A stretch of 32,000 bases of DNA from Promethearchaeia archaeon (GCA_046497275.1 JAWOFX010000054.1:60001-92000); one strand, 5' to 3'. Shown: positions 16,974 to 27,757, numbered from the stretch's first letter. Notes: generated by a model not told the origin, from the sequence alone. A program made the numbers and translations.

Positions 16974-19370
16974 ATGAGTAAAAATACCCTTCAAACTGTG
17001 GAAATCAATATAACAGGAATTGTGCAAGGAGTTGGGTTTCGACCTTTCCTCTTTAATTTGGCACGTGAACATAATCTCAATGGATACGTACTAAATAGAG
17101 GAAATGCAGGTGTGAGATTAATTTTACAAGGAAACTCAAATCATATTTCACAATTTATTGAAGATATTGAGGAAAAAAAGCCAAGAATCGCTTATATTGA
17201 AAATATTGATGTTAATGAATTAAAGAACTCTGAAGAATATTCAAAACTTAAAATTAAGAAAAGTGAACAAGGAAGAGGGATTAGTTTAACCTTACCTGCG
17301 GATGTTGCAGTATGTGAAAAGTGCTTAAAAGAGATGAGAAACCCGAGTTTGAATAGATATTATCAATACCCATTTATCGCATGTGCTGTATGTGGACCAA
17401 GATTTACATCGGTAAAATCCTTACCTTACGATAGAAAACGAACTACAATTGAGGAGTTTCCTTTTTGTGCAGAATGCCTAAATGAATATAGAGATTTTGA
17501 CAATAGACGATTTCATGCCCAAACTTATAGTTGTGCTAAATGCGGTCCAAATTATCAACTTTTTGATAGAGAAGGAAAATTAATTAAAGAAAAAGCCATT
17601 TCAGAAATTCTCGAAGAGTCCACTAATCGCATTAAAAATGGAGAGATTGTAGCGGTAAAAGGTATTGGAGGGGTTCATTTAGTATGCTTAGCAGATAATG
17701 ATGAGATCATATTAAAACTTAGGAAACGTAAAAAAAAGAGAAAATACAAACCATTTGCCTTAATGGTCCCGAATCTCGAAATAATAAATGATTATTTTAT
17801 AATATCAGAGAAAGAAAAAGAAATTATACAATCTTTTAGAAGGCCTATCGTTTTGTTAAAAAAGAGTTATAAATTCCCTCAATCAAATATTAGTGAATTG
17901 GTAGCTCCTGGATTAAATAATATTGGATTTATGTTACCATATACTGGCATTCATCACCTCCTTTTTGACTATATAGGCAAAAAACCATTAATCTATACAA
18001 GTGGGAATAAATCAAATATACCAATGGGAATAGAAAATGAGAAAATTGTAAACCAATTAAATGAAGTTGCGGATTTTTTTCTTCTGCATGACAGGAAAAT
18101 ATATCAGAGAGCTGATGATAGTGTTTTAAGGATTCATAATAATAAAGTTAAATTGATTAGAAGATCACGAGGCTATGTTCCAGAATATATACCTCTTCCA
18201 TTTGAAGTTGAAATTCCTGGAGCCTTAGCAACGGGTCCTGAACTAAATGTAACGGGAGCTGTTTTGAGGAGAAATCGTATATTTCCAACTCAACATATTG
18301 GAAATATTAATAATCTTGAAACTTTTGATTTTTTAAAAAACGCTTTATTTCATATGAAAGAACTACTTCAAATTAAAAATGAAGAAATAAAATTTATTGC
18401 TTGTGATGCTCATCCTGTATTTATTACTTCCCAATTTGCTAAAGAAACATCTGAAAAGTTTGAAATTCCTATATATCCAGTTCAACATCATTACTCTCAT
18501 ATCTTAGGTTTGATGGCAGAAAACAATATAAAACCAAAAGAGAAAATTATTGGAATTAGTACTGATGGAGTTGGGTATGGTGATGATGGGAATATCTGGG
18601 GCGGAGAGATATTACTTTGTAATTACGATAATTTTCAGAGACTTGGTCATTTAGAGTACCAACCTATGATAGGAGGAGATAGATGTGCCAAATATCCCGC
18701 TAGAATGGCTGCTTCAATTCTATTGAAAATTAAGGGGATTGGAGAGGCTCGAAAAATTTTTAAAAAAATCAAGCTGGCAAAAGATTTGGAATATGGAGAA
18801 TCAGAATTAGACACCCTTATAAATCAATTCTCAAGGGCAGATTATAAGTTTCCTGCTGAAAATATACCTTTATCAAGCTCCACAGGAAGAATTTTTGATA
18901 CCGTATCATATTTATTAGGGGCATGCAGTATTAAGACCTATAGGGGGGAGCCAGCCATGAGATTGGAAGGATTAGCAACGAAAGGAAATGCTGAAAATGT
19001 TAATTTAGAGATAAATTATTCGAATAAAAAGGGAATTTCAATAATCAATACTTCAAAATTGATAATGAATATTTTAGAATTGATTAAAAATAATCAAAAT
19101 AAAAAGGCAGACATAGCCGCAAAATTCCAAGAAGAAATTGGAAAAGCTTTTGCGAGTGTTGCAATAGAACACGCCAAGAAATTCGATATAAAAAAAATAG
19201 GTCTTTCTGGGGGTGTCGCCTATAATTTTGCCTTTTCTAGCAAAGTGAAAGAAGAGATTTTAAATGCTAAATTTGAATTTTTAGAACATAACAAAATACC
19301 TCCTGGAGATGCAGGTATTAGCTCTGGGCAATTAATAAACGGAATCTTCAGATATAAGGAATATTTTTAA
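16974..19370 (+). CDS. hypF: Carbamoyltransferase HypF
   Basis: Acylphosphatase-like GIVQGVGFRPF, Zn fingers (CEKC, CAVC, CAEC, CAKC), KGIGG, QHHYSH, DGVGYGDDG, GDAGISSGQ; divergent from hypE. Confidence 0.95.
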   Translation: MSKNTLQTVEINITGIVQGVGFRPFLFNLAREHNLNGYVLNRGNAGVRLILQGNSNHISQFIEDIEEKKPRIAYIENIDVNELKNSEEYSKLKIKKSEQGRGISLTLPADVAVCEKCLKEMRNPSLNRYYQYPFIACAVCGPRFTSVKSLPYDRKRTTIEEFPFCAECLNEYRDFDNRRFHAQTYSCAKCGPNYQLFDREGKLIKEKAISEILEESTNRIKNGEIVAVKGIGGVHLVCLADNDEIILKLRKRKKKRKYKPFALMVPNLEIINDYFIISEKEKEIIQSFRRPIVLLKKSYKFPQSNISELVAPGLNNIGFMLPYTGIHHLLFDYIGKKPLIYTSGNKSNIPMGIENEKIVNQLNEVADFFLLHDRKIYQRADDSVLRIHNNKVKLIRRSRGYVPEYIPLPFEVEIPGALATGPELNVTGAVLRRNRIFPTQHIGNINNLETFDFLKNALFHMKELLQIKNEEIKFIACDAHPVFITSQFAKETSEKFEIPIYPVQHHYSHILGLMAENNIKPKEKIIGISTDGVGYGDDGNIWGGEILLCNYDNFQRLGHLEYQPMIGGDRCAKYPARMAASILLKIKGIGEARKIFKKIKLAKDLEYGESELDTLINQFSRADYKFPAENIPLSSSTGRIFDTVSYLLGACSIKTYRGEPAMRLEGLATKGNAENVNLEINYSNKKGISIINTSKLIMNILELIKNNQNKKADIAAKFQEEIGKAFASVAIEHAKKFDIKKIGLSGGVAYNFAFSSKVKEEILNAKFEFLEHNKIPPGDAGISSGQLINGIFRYKEYF

Positions 19371-19538
19371 GAATCCTATTATCGAAGGTTTTTAATTACT
19401 AAATACTATTTTTGAAGAATTTATTTTTTTAGAAAAGATTGTATATAATATAGTTAAATTCTACTCATTCTCATCATAAGAGTTTAAGGATTTAAATAAA
19501 AAGAAGTTGAAATATAAACTAAAACTTAAGTGAAAAAA

Positions 19539-20276
19539 ATGGTTGAAATTATTGAATACGTAAATGGTTTTTTAACGATTCTTTTCGTTGTTATCTCCGT
19601 ATTAATTGGATTGATAATTATAAATAAATATCGTGGAAAGAAGCAAAAACAATTCCTCTATTTTGGTCTATTCTGGGCTGGAATGACAACACCATGGTGG
19701 CCTCAAATCGTAATATTCCTGAATTTTTTAATCACTGGAATGGTAATTGAAATGGATTTCTGGGTTATATTAGGAGTCGCCTTCCTACCCTTTACAGTAA
19801 TCGTGGGAGTAATGGCTTATTTAATTGTCTTACCTATTAAACCAAATAAAAAGAATATCATTAGAGCGATAACCTATACTCCAAATATTCTCTATGAAAT
19901 TTTCTTACTGATTGCAATATTCTTAAATAATATTACTATTTGGATAGCTGATCACGATCCTTTAGCAGAAGGAGGAGCTTTTATAATTGATTGGTCTTAT
20001 TTTAGTATTCCATACTTTATTTTAAGTCTTATATTTTTCTTAATCTTTGGAATTTGGTTTTCAAGATTATCAATGAAATCAGATAACTCAGAGGTAAGAT
20101 TAAAAGGAAAATTCTTATTTATCGCTTTTATCTCGTTTGCTATTGGAACTATGATAGATTTTATAATCCCTGATCCGATAATTTATACGATAGCAAGACT
20201 CATACTGCTTTCAAGTTCACTCGAATTTTATATGGGGTTGCTGCTTCCGAAGTGGGTTACTAGATCTCGAACTTAA
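19539..20276 (+). CDS. Stand-alone seven-transmembrane protein of unknown function
   Basis: Seven hydrophobic segments with short loops and no soluble domain. ATG at 19539 used; the track starts at GTG 19530. Confidence 0.7.
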   Translation: MVEIIEYVNGFLTILFVVISVLIGLIIINKYRGKKQKQFLYFGLFWAGMTTPWWPQIVIFLNFLITGMVIEMDFWVILGVAFLPFTVIVGVMAYLIVLPIKPNKKNIIRAITYTPNILYEIFLLIAIFLNNITIWIADHDPLAEGGAFIIDWSYFSIPYFILSLIFFLIFGIWFSRLSMKSDNSEVRLKGKFLFIAFISFAIGTMIDFIIPDPIIYTIARLILLSSSLEFYMGLLLPKWVTRSRT

Positions 20277-20411
20277 TAATCTTTATATAAAAGTAAATTC
20301 TAATAGAAACTTTTTTTTTATACTTAATTTTTTCATACTTAATATTTCAAATCTGAAAATAACATATTTCAAAATAAAAAATCAATTAAAACTAATTCTA
20401 AAATAGTAAAA

Positions 20412-21977
20412 ATGCAAAAATTAAATCAATCAATTGAAGAAGAATATGATGCTGCAATTATTGGCGCCGGTAATGGGGGATTAGTCGCTGCTACCCAGTT
20501 GGCTTTAGAAGGTAAAAAGATAATTCTCTTTGAACAACATAATGTGCCTGGAGGCTTTGCAACGAGTTTTGTAAGAGGTAGATTTGAATTTGAAGCATCT
20601 CTTCATGAATTATGTGATTATGGTCCAGAATCAAATAAAGGAGGGATAAGGAAATTATTTGAAGAACTAGGCATTGATATTCCCGTAGAAAAAGTTCCAG
20701 AAGCCTACCATTTAATAATAACTTCACCTGATGAGAATTTAAATATTACAGTTCCATTTGGAGTTAATGATTATATTAACTGCATCATTAAACAAGTACC
20801 CGAAAGTGAAAAATCAGTAAAGAAATTCATAAAACTTTGCCAAGAAGTTCACGAAGCGTTAAATTATATCAGAGAATCAAAAGGTAATGCAGATAAAAAG
20901 ATTCTTATGAGTGAATATGGAAATTTCTTAAGAACCGCAGCTTATAGCCTTGATGATGTATTAAATGCACTAAAAATCTCAAAAAAGGCTCAAGATATTA
21001 TAAAAGGATATTGGGTATACTTAGCAATTCCTACAAGTAGAATAAATTTTACTATATATGCCGCAATGTTATATTTTTTCTTGATCAGAGGTGCATATAT
21101 CCCAAAACACCGTTCCTCAGGATATACGATGGCTTTAGAGAAAAGAATAAGAGACCTTGGAGGGAGAATAGAATTTAACACGAAGGTAGAAAAAATTGTT
21201 GTTAAAGATGGAAAAGTCACAGGATTAGAAACATCTCAAGGTGACAAAATCAAAACGAATTTTATCATCTCAAATGCATCTCCTACATTAGTATATAATA
21301 ATCTAATTTATCCTGATTCAGAACGACCAGATATAGGATATCAATTTGTAAATGCACGAAGACATGCTGTAAGTTGTTTTGTGGTATATTTGGGCTTAAA
21401 TAAGTCAGTAGAAGAACTAGGTATAAAAAATTATAGTTATGTTATCTCAGAAAGTACAGATACGGGAGAGATGTATGAATCATTTAAAAATTTAGAATGC
21501 CCTAGAATTCAAGCTACTATTTGTATGAATAACACTATAGAAGATGCCTCTCCTCAAGGCACCTCCATTTTGATTATCACATCCTTTTTCCGACCAGAGG
21601 CATGGTCTGGGATCGATGAAAATGAATATTTCATTTTAAAAAATAAGTTCGCCATGGAATTAATCGAAAAATTTGAAAAAGCAACTAATACTTCAATTTC
21701 AGAAAGTATTGAAGAAATGGAAATTGCTACACCAGAAACTTATTCCAGATATACAGGCACCTATAAAGGGGTTACATATGGTTATGAAGTTGATTCTTGG
21801 GATTCAACACTTCCAAGATTAATGAGAATGAGCGAAGAGAGATTTATCGAAGGGCTAAAAATATGCGGAGGATTTTCTTTTCAAGGTGTAAGCTATACTA
21901 ATTCACTTTTATCTGGACAAATCACGGCACTATTAACTTTACAAGATTTAATGAATGAGGAGGTTGACAATGAGTAA
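20412..21977 (+). CDS. FAD-dependent oxidoreductase, phytoene desaturase/retinol saturase family
   Basis: AIIGAGNGG Rossmann motif, FEQHNVPGGFATSF.RGRFEFEASLH, IATPETYSRYT...G..YG. Confidence 0.8.
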   Translation: MQKLNQSIEEEYDAAIIGAGNGGLVAATQLALEGKKIILFEQHNVPGGFATSFVRGRFEFEASLHELCDYGPESNKGGIRKLFEELGIDIPVEKVPEAYHLIITSPDENLNITVPFGVNDYINCIIKQVPESEKSVKKFIKLCQEVHEALNYIRESKGNADKKILMSEYGNFLRTAAYSLDDVLNALKISKKAQDIIKGYWVYLAIPTSRINFTIYAAMLYFFLIRGAYIPKHRSSGYTMALEKRIRDLGGRIEFNTKVEKIVVKDGKVTGLETSQGDKIKTNFIISNASPTLVYNNLIYPDSERPDIGYQFVNARRHAVSCFVVYLGLNKSVEELGIKNYSYVISESTDTGEMYESFKNLECPRIQATICMNNTIEDASPQGTSILIITSFFRPEAWSGIDENEYFILKNKFAMELIEKFEKATNTSISESIEEMEIATPETYSRYTGTYKGVTYGYEVDSWDSTLPRLMRMSEERFIEGLKICGGFSFQGVSYTNSLLSGQITALLTLQDLMNEEVDNE

Positions 21978-23199
21978 AGAAGAACGTGAATTAAAGGTTA
22001 AAATTAAAGGAAAAATACGAGATTTATTAGCATTTTCTAAATTAACTTCCAAACGAGAAAAAAAGATAGATAAAGCTTCCGCAGAACCTATAGAAGCCGA
22101 TTTTTTAAAAGATTTAGCAAAGAACCTACATCCTAATTATCAACATTTAATAATAGATAAAATAATCAAGGAGACTAAATATTCACAAACTTTTCGACTT
22201 ATTGCAGATCCTGAGTCGGAAACTAAAAAACCAGCCTATTTCCGCGCGGGTCAATATCTTAGCTTAAAAGTGAACGTAAATGGATATGATATAACTAGGC
22301 CATATTCGATTTCTTCATCACCTACAGATGCTACTCGGGGTTTTTATGAAATCACCATAAAAAAAGAAGAAAATGGATTTTTAACTAATTATATCTGGGA
22401 AAATTGGAGAGAAGGGACAAAAGTTATAAGTTCCGGTCCTGAAGGCTTCTTTTATTACCAACCATTAAGGGATTCGAAGAATATTATTGGAATTGCTGGA
22501 GGATCTGGGATAACCTCATTTCGTTCAATTGCTAAGGAAATTACAGAAGGAAATCTTGATATTAACTTAACGATTCTTTACGGATGTTCTGATGAAGAAG
22601 ATATTCTATTTTATGAGGAATTAAAAGATTTAGAGAGTAAATTTCCAGAAAAAATAAAATTAGTAATTGCGCTCAGTTGTGAAGAGATTACTATGGAAGG
22701 TTGCGAAAAAGGTTTTATAAGCTCTGATATAATACAAAAATACGCTGATATTAGAAATAATACATTCTTTATCTGTGGACCACAGATGATGTACGATTAT
22801 TTAGACAGTGAGATTGATAAGTTAAAAATACCTGAAGAACAAATTCGAAAAGAAGTATATGGAGAAGTCAAAAATGTTTTAAAATTTCCAGACTATCCGA
22901 GAGAAAATATAGAAAAAGTTTTTAATATAAAAGTCCATATAGGTAATGTTTTAAAAGAGATTCCTGCAATGGCGACAGAAACAATTCTAGTGTCAATGGA
23001 GAAAGCAAAAATTAGGGCTCCCTCCAGTTGCAGATCCGGAGAATGTGGTTTTTGCCGCTCTTATCTTGTTTCTGGAGAGATATTTGTCCCACATAAATCT
23101 GATAATAGAAGGGCAGCGGAAAAAGAGTTTAATTATTTTCATCCGTGTTCATCTTATCCTACATCAAACTTAGAAATAGTTGTTCCAAGGAAAAAGTAA
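21970..23199 (+). CDS. Ferredoxin-NADP reductase-family flavoprotein with C-terminal [2Fe-2S] domain
   Basis: FRAGQY, RPYSISS, IAGGSGIT, FICGP, CRSGECGFC...HPC. ATG at 21970 overlaps the upstream stop and follows GAGGAGG. Confidence 0.82.
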   Translation: MSKEERELKVKIKGKIRDLLAFSKLTSKREKKIDKASAEPIEADFLKDLAKNLHPNYQHLIIDKIIKETKYSQTFRLIADPESETKKPAYFRAGQYLSLKVNVNGYDITRPYSISSSPTDATRGFYEITIKKEENGFLTNYIWENWREGTKVISSGPEGFFYYQPLRDSKNIIGIAGGSGITSFRSIAKEITEGNLDINLTILYGCSDEEDILFYEELKDLESKFPEKIKLVIALSCEEITMEGCEKGFISSDIIQKYADIRNNTFFICGPQMMYDYLDSEIDKLKIPEEQIRKEVYGEVKNVLKFPDYPRENIEKVFNIKVHIGNVLKEIPAMATETILVSMEKAKIRAPSSCRSGECGFCRSYLVSGEIFVPHKSDNRRAAEKEFNYFHPCSSYPTSNLEIVVPRKK

Positions 23200-23362
23200 T
23201 AAACTATACTTCTTTCTTTTTTTTAAATATTAATCTAACCGCTATTCTATAAATATAGATAGATTAAAATAATTAAAAATCGCCATATTAGGAATTTATA
23301 TATATTTCAAAAATAAATATAATTAAAACCAAATCTCACAAGTTTTTGTGATCATTTTTCCC

Positions 23363-24673
23363 ATGAAAGAATCCCCTCCTTTGGACGAAATAATTGAGAT
23401 AATTAGAGAAGAACAAGATTTAGATTCAGTAATCGGTCTTATTTGTTTAAATTATATTATCATACATAGTCCAGTTGATGAGATTTTGCTCTTTATTGAA
23501 AGAAAAGGTATTAAAATTCCAATTAAAAGGGTATACACAAGATTAGAACTACTAAGATATATTTGTCTTCATTATTATGAGCAGTTTAATACTAATGAAC
23601 AGATTCAAGATCTTTATGATAATTGTCTCGATTATATCGGTTTTGAAATGACTAGTGATAAAGATCTCAAATTTTATCTATATAAGAATGATTTTATTGC
23701 TAAGCAAGACCTCATTGATGCCTTTAGTGATTGGGCAGCAGATTTAGGGATTACGGTATATGACGCAAGATCTGTAGATGATGAATATAAAATAGATCTT
23801 TATTTGGTCAGAAGGACTCCTTTGCTCAGGAGTGAAACTGTGTTCGTCAGAACGGGCCATGAAATTAATCAAAAAAAATATGAAAAAGTCTTAGAACTCA
23901 TTAAAAAATCCTCGAAATTAGCAACATGGAACGTATTTTTAACCACTCCACTCGCGATATATAAAATTGGATTAAGAAAATTCATAAAAGATATGGAACG
24001 GGAGAATGTATGGTTATATATAATAGATCCAATAAATAAGCAAATTTATGGGATTACCAAGGGAAAAAAATCTAAAGATTACGATTCTGATTTAAGAGAT
24101 GAATATATAGAAAAATTGCCACGAGAACCTATTAGGGCTCAAACACGATTGAAAGAGATTTCAACCTTTCAATTTGAAGAGGGTAAATCTTATTCTCCAA
24201 AAAATTTTTACATGTTCGATTTGCTTGATGTATTAGAACATGATAAATTTGTGAGTGCACCTAAAAAAGAATCAACTTATTCCAAAATATTCCGAAATTT
24301 AATGATCATGGAAAGAAAATCTGGGATCCCCGTTTTTTCATATTCTAGTGAACGAGTGAAGGATCAAATATTGTTTTCTGGATTTTTATCAGCTATGGAT
24401 GATTTTGTTTCTCAAATAGGAGAAACTACAGCATTAAAAGAAATTAATTATAAAGGATTTTATGTCCAAGCCGCTTATGGAAAATCTATCAAATTAGCTT
24501 TATTTCTTTCAGAAGCGGCTGATAAGAGCTTAAAGGAACGAGTTGATTTCTTGCTCAATTACTTAGAAAAAAAATATAAAAAAGAAATTGAGCAATTTAG
24601 AAAAACTGGTGAGACTTCGATTTTCAAAGATAAAGAGATCCTCCCGATCGTCAAGCAATTTCTGAATATCTAA
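23363..24673 (+). CDS. Unknown N-terminal/central domains fused to a C-terminal longin-like domain (paralogue 1)
   Basis: C-terminal NLMIMERKSGIPVFSY...LFSGFLSAMDDFVSQ...EINYKGFYV...LALFL resembles archaeal longin/sigma-like domains as recalled. The track's GTG start (23348) coincides with a GTGATC RBS, so the ATG at 23363 is preferred. Confidence 0.65.
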   Translation: MKESPPLDEIIEIIREEQDLDSVIGLICLNYIIIHSPVDEILLFIERKGIKIPIKRVYTRLELLRYICLHYYEQFNTNEQIQDLYDNCLDYIGFEMTSDKDLKFYLYKNDFIAKQDLIDAFSDWAADLGITVYDARSVDDEYKIDLYLVRRTPLLRSETVFVRTGHEINQKKYEKVLELIKKSSKLATWNVFLTTPLAIYKIGLRKFIKDMERENVWLYIIDPINKQIYGITKGKKSKDYDSDLRDEYIEKLPREPIRAQTRLKEISTFQFEEGKSYSPKNFYMFDLLDVLEHDKFVSAPKKESTYSKIFRNLMIMERKSGIPVFSYSSERVKDQILFSGFLSAMDDFVSQIGETTALKEINYKGFYVQAAYGKSIKLALFLSEAADKSLKERVDFLLNYLEKKYKKEIEQFRKTGETSIFKDKEILPIVKQFLNI

Positions 24674-24757
24674 ATCTTTTAATTAATTATAAAATAATCT
24701 TATAAATTGATTAATCACATTATTCTAATTAATACACGATAATATGTTTTGTAAAAA

Positions 24758-26056
24758 ATGGAACCTTTAAATAATAATTTCCAAGAATTAAAGGATAATT
24801 TTGAAAAGAAACATGGATTATTATGCCTAAACTGCTTATTTAATAAGAGTAGATTTGAAGAAATCGAACAATTTATTGAAAAACATAATATACCTACTTT
24901 AGAATCTGATGTTAAACCTTCAAAGTATGACTTGCTTAAAAGTATTGCGTCTTATTTTTATCAAAAATACAAAGATAATGCAGAAATACAATCAAATTAT
25001 AAAGATCCTCTCTATTATATTGGGAATAAAGTACTTGAAGATGAAAAATTAAAACATTACCTCACACGTTTCGATTTTTTCGCACGGCAAGATCTCATTG
25101 ATGCCTTTAGCGATTGGTGTGCTGATTTGGGCATAAGCGTATATGACGCGTCAAAGATTAACAATAAGAATATTGATCTTTATCTTATTAGACGTACACC
25201 TCTGTTGAGGAGTGAAGCTGCATTTGTTAGAACTGGTGCTCAACTTGATGAAGAAAATTATAAAAATACCTTTTATTTGATCAATGAAGCATCAAAATTA
25301 GCTACTTGGACTGTATTTGTCACGACACCGTTGGGCGTATATAATATAGGATTAGAACGTATGGTCTCTGATATGGAAAAACTTAATACTTGGTTATATG
25401 TTATTAATCCACTACACAAAGAGATTCATGGAATTACAAAGGGGGGAAAAAGTAAGGATTACGACTCTGATTTAAGAGACAATTTTATTGAAAAATTACC
25501 TAAGGAACCCATAAGAGCACCCTCAAAAGTAATTGAAATTTCAAAATATGAATTTGATGATGATATTTCCTATAAACCAAAGAATTATTCCTTATTTGAA
25601 ATATTTACTGAAGAAGAAATGCAGGAAATTCAAGAAGAGAGTAAGAGTGAACATAAATATAGGAACATTTTCCGTAATTTAATGATTATAGATAAAGATG
25701 CGGGATTACCCTTAATTTCCTATACAAGCGAAGAAAAACCTTTAGATAAAGTGTTGATATCAGGTTTTCTCACTGCAATGGATAATTTTGTATCTGAGAT
25801 TGGAGGAGAATCTGCTATGAAAGATATAAATTATAAAGGTTTGTATGTTCAAGCATCTTATGGGAAAAATATTAAAGCAGCATTATTTCTTTCTGATCCC
25901 GCGGATAAAAGTTTGAAAGAGCGATTAAATTATTTAGTTAATTATATTGAAACCCATTATAATAATGAAATACAAGAATTCAGAAAAACAGGAGACACAT
26001 CAAATTTTGATGAAAAAAAGATAAATCCATTAATTATTGAAATTCTTGATATGTAA
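24758..26056 (+). CDS. Longin-like fusion protein (paralogue 2)
   Basis: Shares long near-identical blocks with the upstream gene (QDLIDAFSDW.ADLG, IDLYL.RRTPLLRSE, KSKDYDSDLRD, IFRNLMI, SGFL.AMD.FVS). Confidence 0.65.
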   Translation: MEPLNNNFQELKDNFEKKHGLLCLNCLFNKSRFEEIEQFIEKHNIPTLESDVKPSKYDLLKSIASYFYQKYKDNAEIQSNYKDPLYYIGNKVLEDEKLKHYLTRFDFFARQDLIDAFSDWCADLGISVYDASKINNKNIDLYLIRRTPLLRSEAAFVRTGAQLDEENYKNTFYLINEASKLATWTVFVTTPLGVYNIGLERMVSDMEKLNTWLYVINPLHKEIHGITKGGKSKDYDSDLRDNFIEKLPKEPIRAPSKVIEISKYEFDDDISYKPKNYSLFEIFTEEEMQEIQEESKSEHKYRNIFRNLMIIDKDAGLPLISYTSEEKPLDKVLISGFLTAMDNFVSEIGGESAMKDINYKGLYVQASYGKNIKAALFLSDPADKSLKERLNYLVNYIETHYNNEIQEFRKTGDTSNFDEKKINPLIIEILDM

Positions 26057-26217
26057 ATAGATATCTCATTTTAAAATATTAATAATTGCTCTATTTATAA
26101 ACTCTTATTACCTTATACTAAAGAAAAATAATTTATTTCATTTAATTCTATTAATAGTATAAATTTTTATAATATTTACTTAATTAAGCGGGAATATTTA
26201 CAAAAGTATAAATTATT

Positions 26218-27036
26218 ATGGTGTTAACTAAACGAATAATTCCCTGTCTCGATGTCACTGAAGGAAGAGTGGTGAAAGGAGTCAAATTCGTTGAAATCAG
26301 AGATGCTGGTGATGCTGTTGAATTAGGGAAATTTTATGATGGGCAAGGAGCAGATGAATTAGTATTCTTAGATATAACTGCTTCTTCTGATAAACGAAAA
26401 ATTTTGATAGATCTAGTTGAGAGAACTGGAGAACAAATTTTCATCCCATTTACCGTAGGAGGAGGAGTTCGGAGTGTTAAAGATATAAAAGAAATACTTA
26501 GGTCTGGTGCTGATAAAATTTCAATAAACACTGCGGCTGTGAAAAATCCAACTATCATCACAGAAGGAGCTAAAATTTTTGGATCTCAATGTATCGTTAT
26601 AGCAATTGATGCAAAAAGAGTGTATGTTAAAAATCCTAAAGATTCTCCCGATAAGAAAGTGATTGAACTGATGGATGATAAATTTTGTTGGTGGGAAGTG
26701 TATATCAATGGAGGTAGAACACCCACTGGAATCGATGCTATTAATTGGGGAGAAAAAGTACAAAACCTTGGGTCTGGGGAAATATTATTAACAAGCATGG
26801 ATCGCGACGGAACGTATGATGGATATGATTTAGAACTCACAAAAATATTTAGTGAAAATTTAGATATACCTATTATAGCTTCAGGTGGAGCAGGCAAACC
26901 CCAGCATATCGTTGATGCATTTAAAGAGGGAAAAGCTGACGCTGCGTTAGCCGCATCAATTTTCCATTATGATGAATATTCCATCAAAGAAGTCAAAATG
27001 ATTTGTAAAAGAAATGATATTCCTATGAGGATTTAA
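26218..27036 (+). CDS. hisF: Imidazole glycerol phosphate synthase cyclase subunit
   Basis: [51 protein letters not shown]. Confidence 0.96.
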   Translation: MVLTKRIIPCLDVTEGRVVKGVKFVEIRDAGDAVELGKFYDGQGADELVFLDITASSDKRKILIDLVERTGEQIFIPFTVGGGVRSVKDIKEILRSGADKISINTAAVKNPTIITEGAKIFGSQCIVIAIDAKRVYVKNPKDSPDKKVIELMDDKFCWWEVYINGGRTPTGIDAINWGEKVQNLGSGEILLTSMDRDGTYDGYDLELTKIFSENLDIPIIASGGAGKPQHIVDAFKEGKADAALAASIFHYDEYSIKEVKMICKRNDIPMRI

Positions 27037-27038
27037 AA

Positions 27039-27668
27039 ATGACTTTTTATATCGCAATAATAGATTATGGTATCGGCAATTTAAAAAGTGTCAGTAAAAT
27101 AATAACATATCTTGGAGAGAAAAGCATAATAACTTCCGATCCTGGTATAATCTTTAATGCTGATGGAATTATTCTTCCGGGTGTAGGAGCATTTGGAGAT
27201 GGAATAAAAAATCTAAAAGAAAAGGATTTAATCTCTATTATTCATGATGTAGTTAACGATAATAAACCATTGTTCGGCATTTGTTTAGGAATGCAATTGC
27301 TTTTCACAAAAAGTTATGAAATGGGAGTAAATAAAGGTTTGAATTTAATAAAAGGTGAGATTAGAGCCTTTAATAAACAAAATGTAGATAAAGTTCCACA
27401 AATTGGCTGGAATAGTGTTAATTTCAAAAAAAAAAATCACTTTCTGATTAAAGGAATTCCAGATAACTCATATTTCTATTTTGTTCATAGCTATTATTGC
27501 ATTCCTGAATATGAAGAAGATATTTTGGGTTTAACTCAATATGGACAAAAAATGTTTTGTTCAATGATTTGTAAAGAAAACATTATTGGAACCCAATTTC
27601 ATCCAGAAAAATCAAGTAAATATGGTAAAAAAATATATGAAAATTTTATTTCATTTTGTAAAAAATAG
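27039..27668 (+). CDS. hisH: Imidazole glycerol phosphate synthase glutaminase subunit
   Basis: IDYGIGNL, LPGVGAF, GICLGMQ, YFVHSY, QFHPEKS. Confidence 0.96.
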   Translation: MTFYIAIIDYGIGNLKSVSKIITYLGEKSIITSDPGIIFNADGIILPGVGAFGDGIKNLKEKDLISIIHDVVNDNKPLFGICLGMQLLFTKSYEMGVNKGLNLIKGEIRAFNKQNVDKVPQIGWNSVNFKKKNHFLIKGIPDNSYFYFVHSYYCIPEYEEDILGLTQYGQKMFCSMICKENIIGTQFHPEKSSKYGKKIYENFISFCKK

Positions 27669-27757
27669 ATTTCATATCATACTCTATTAATAATCGTATT
27701 TTTTAAATCTCTTAACCTAATTTTTAATAATTTACTTAAATTCTATGTGATCATCTT

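Noticed and set aside
19539-20276. 7-TM protein as a rhodopsin, suggested by the adjacent carotenoid-enzyme-like gene
   Set aside because: Helix 7 (IIYTIARLILLSSSLEFYMG) has no retinal-binding Lys or DxxxK motif.
27426-27436. A11 homopolymer in hisH as a phase-variation or frameshift site
   Set aside because: It is in frame (KKKN), sits in a housekeeping gene, and long A runs are common in this AT-rich DNA.
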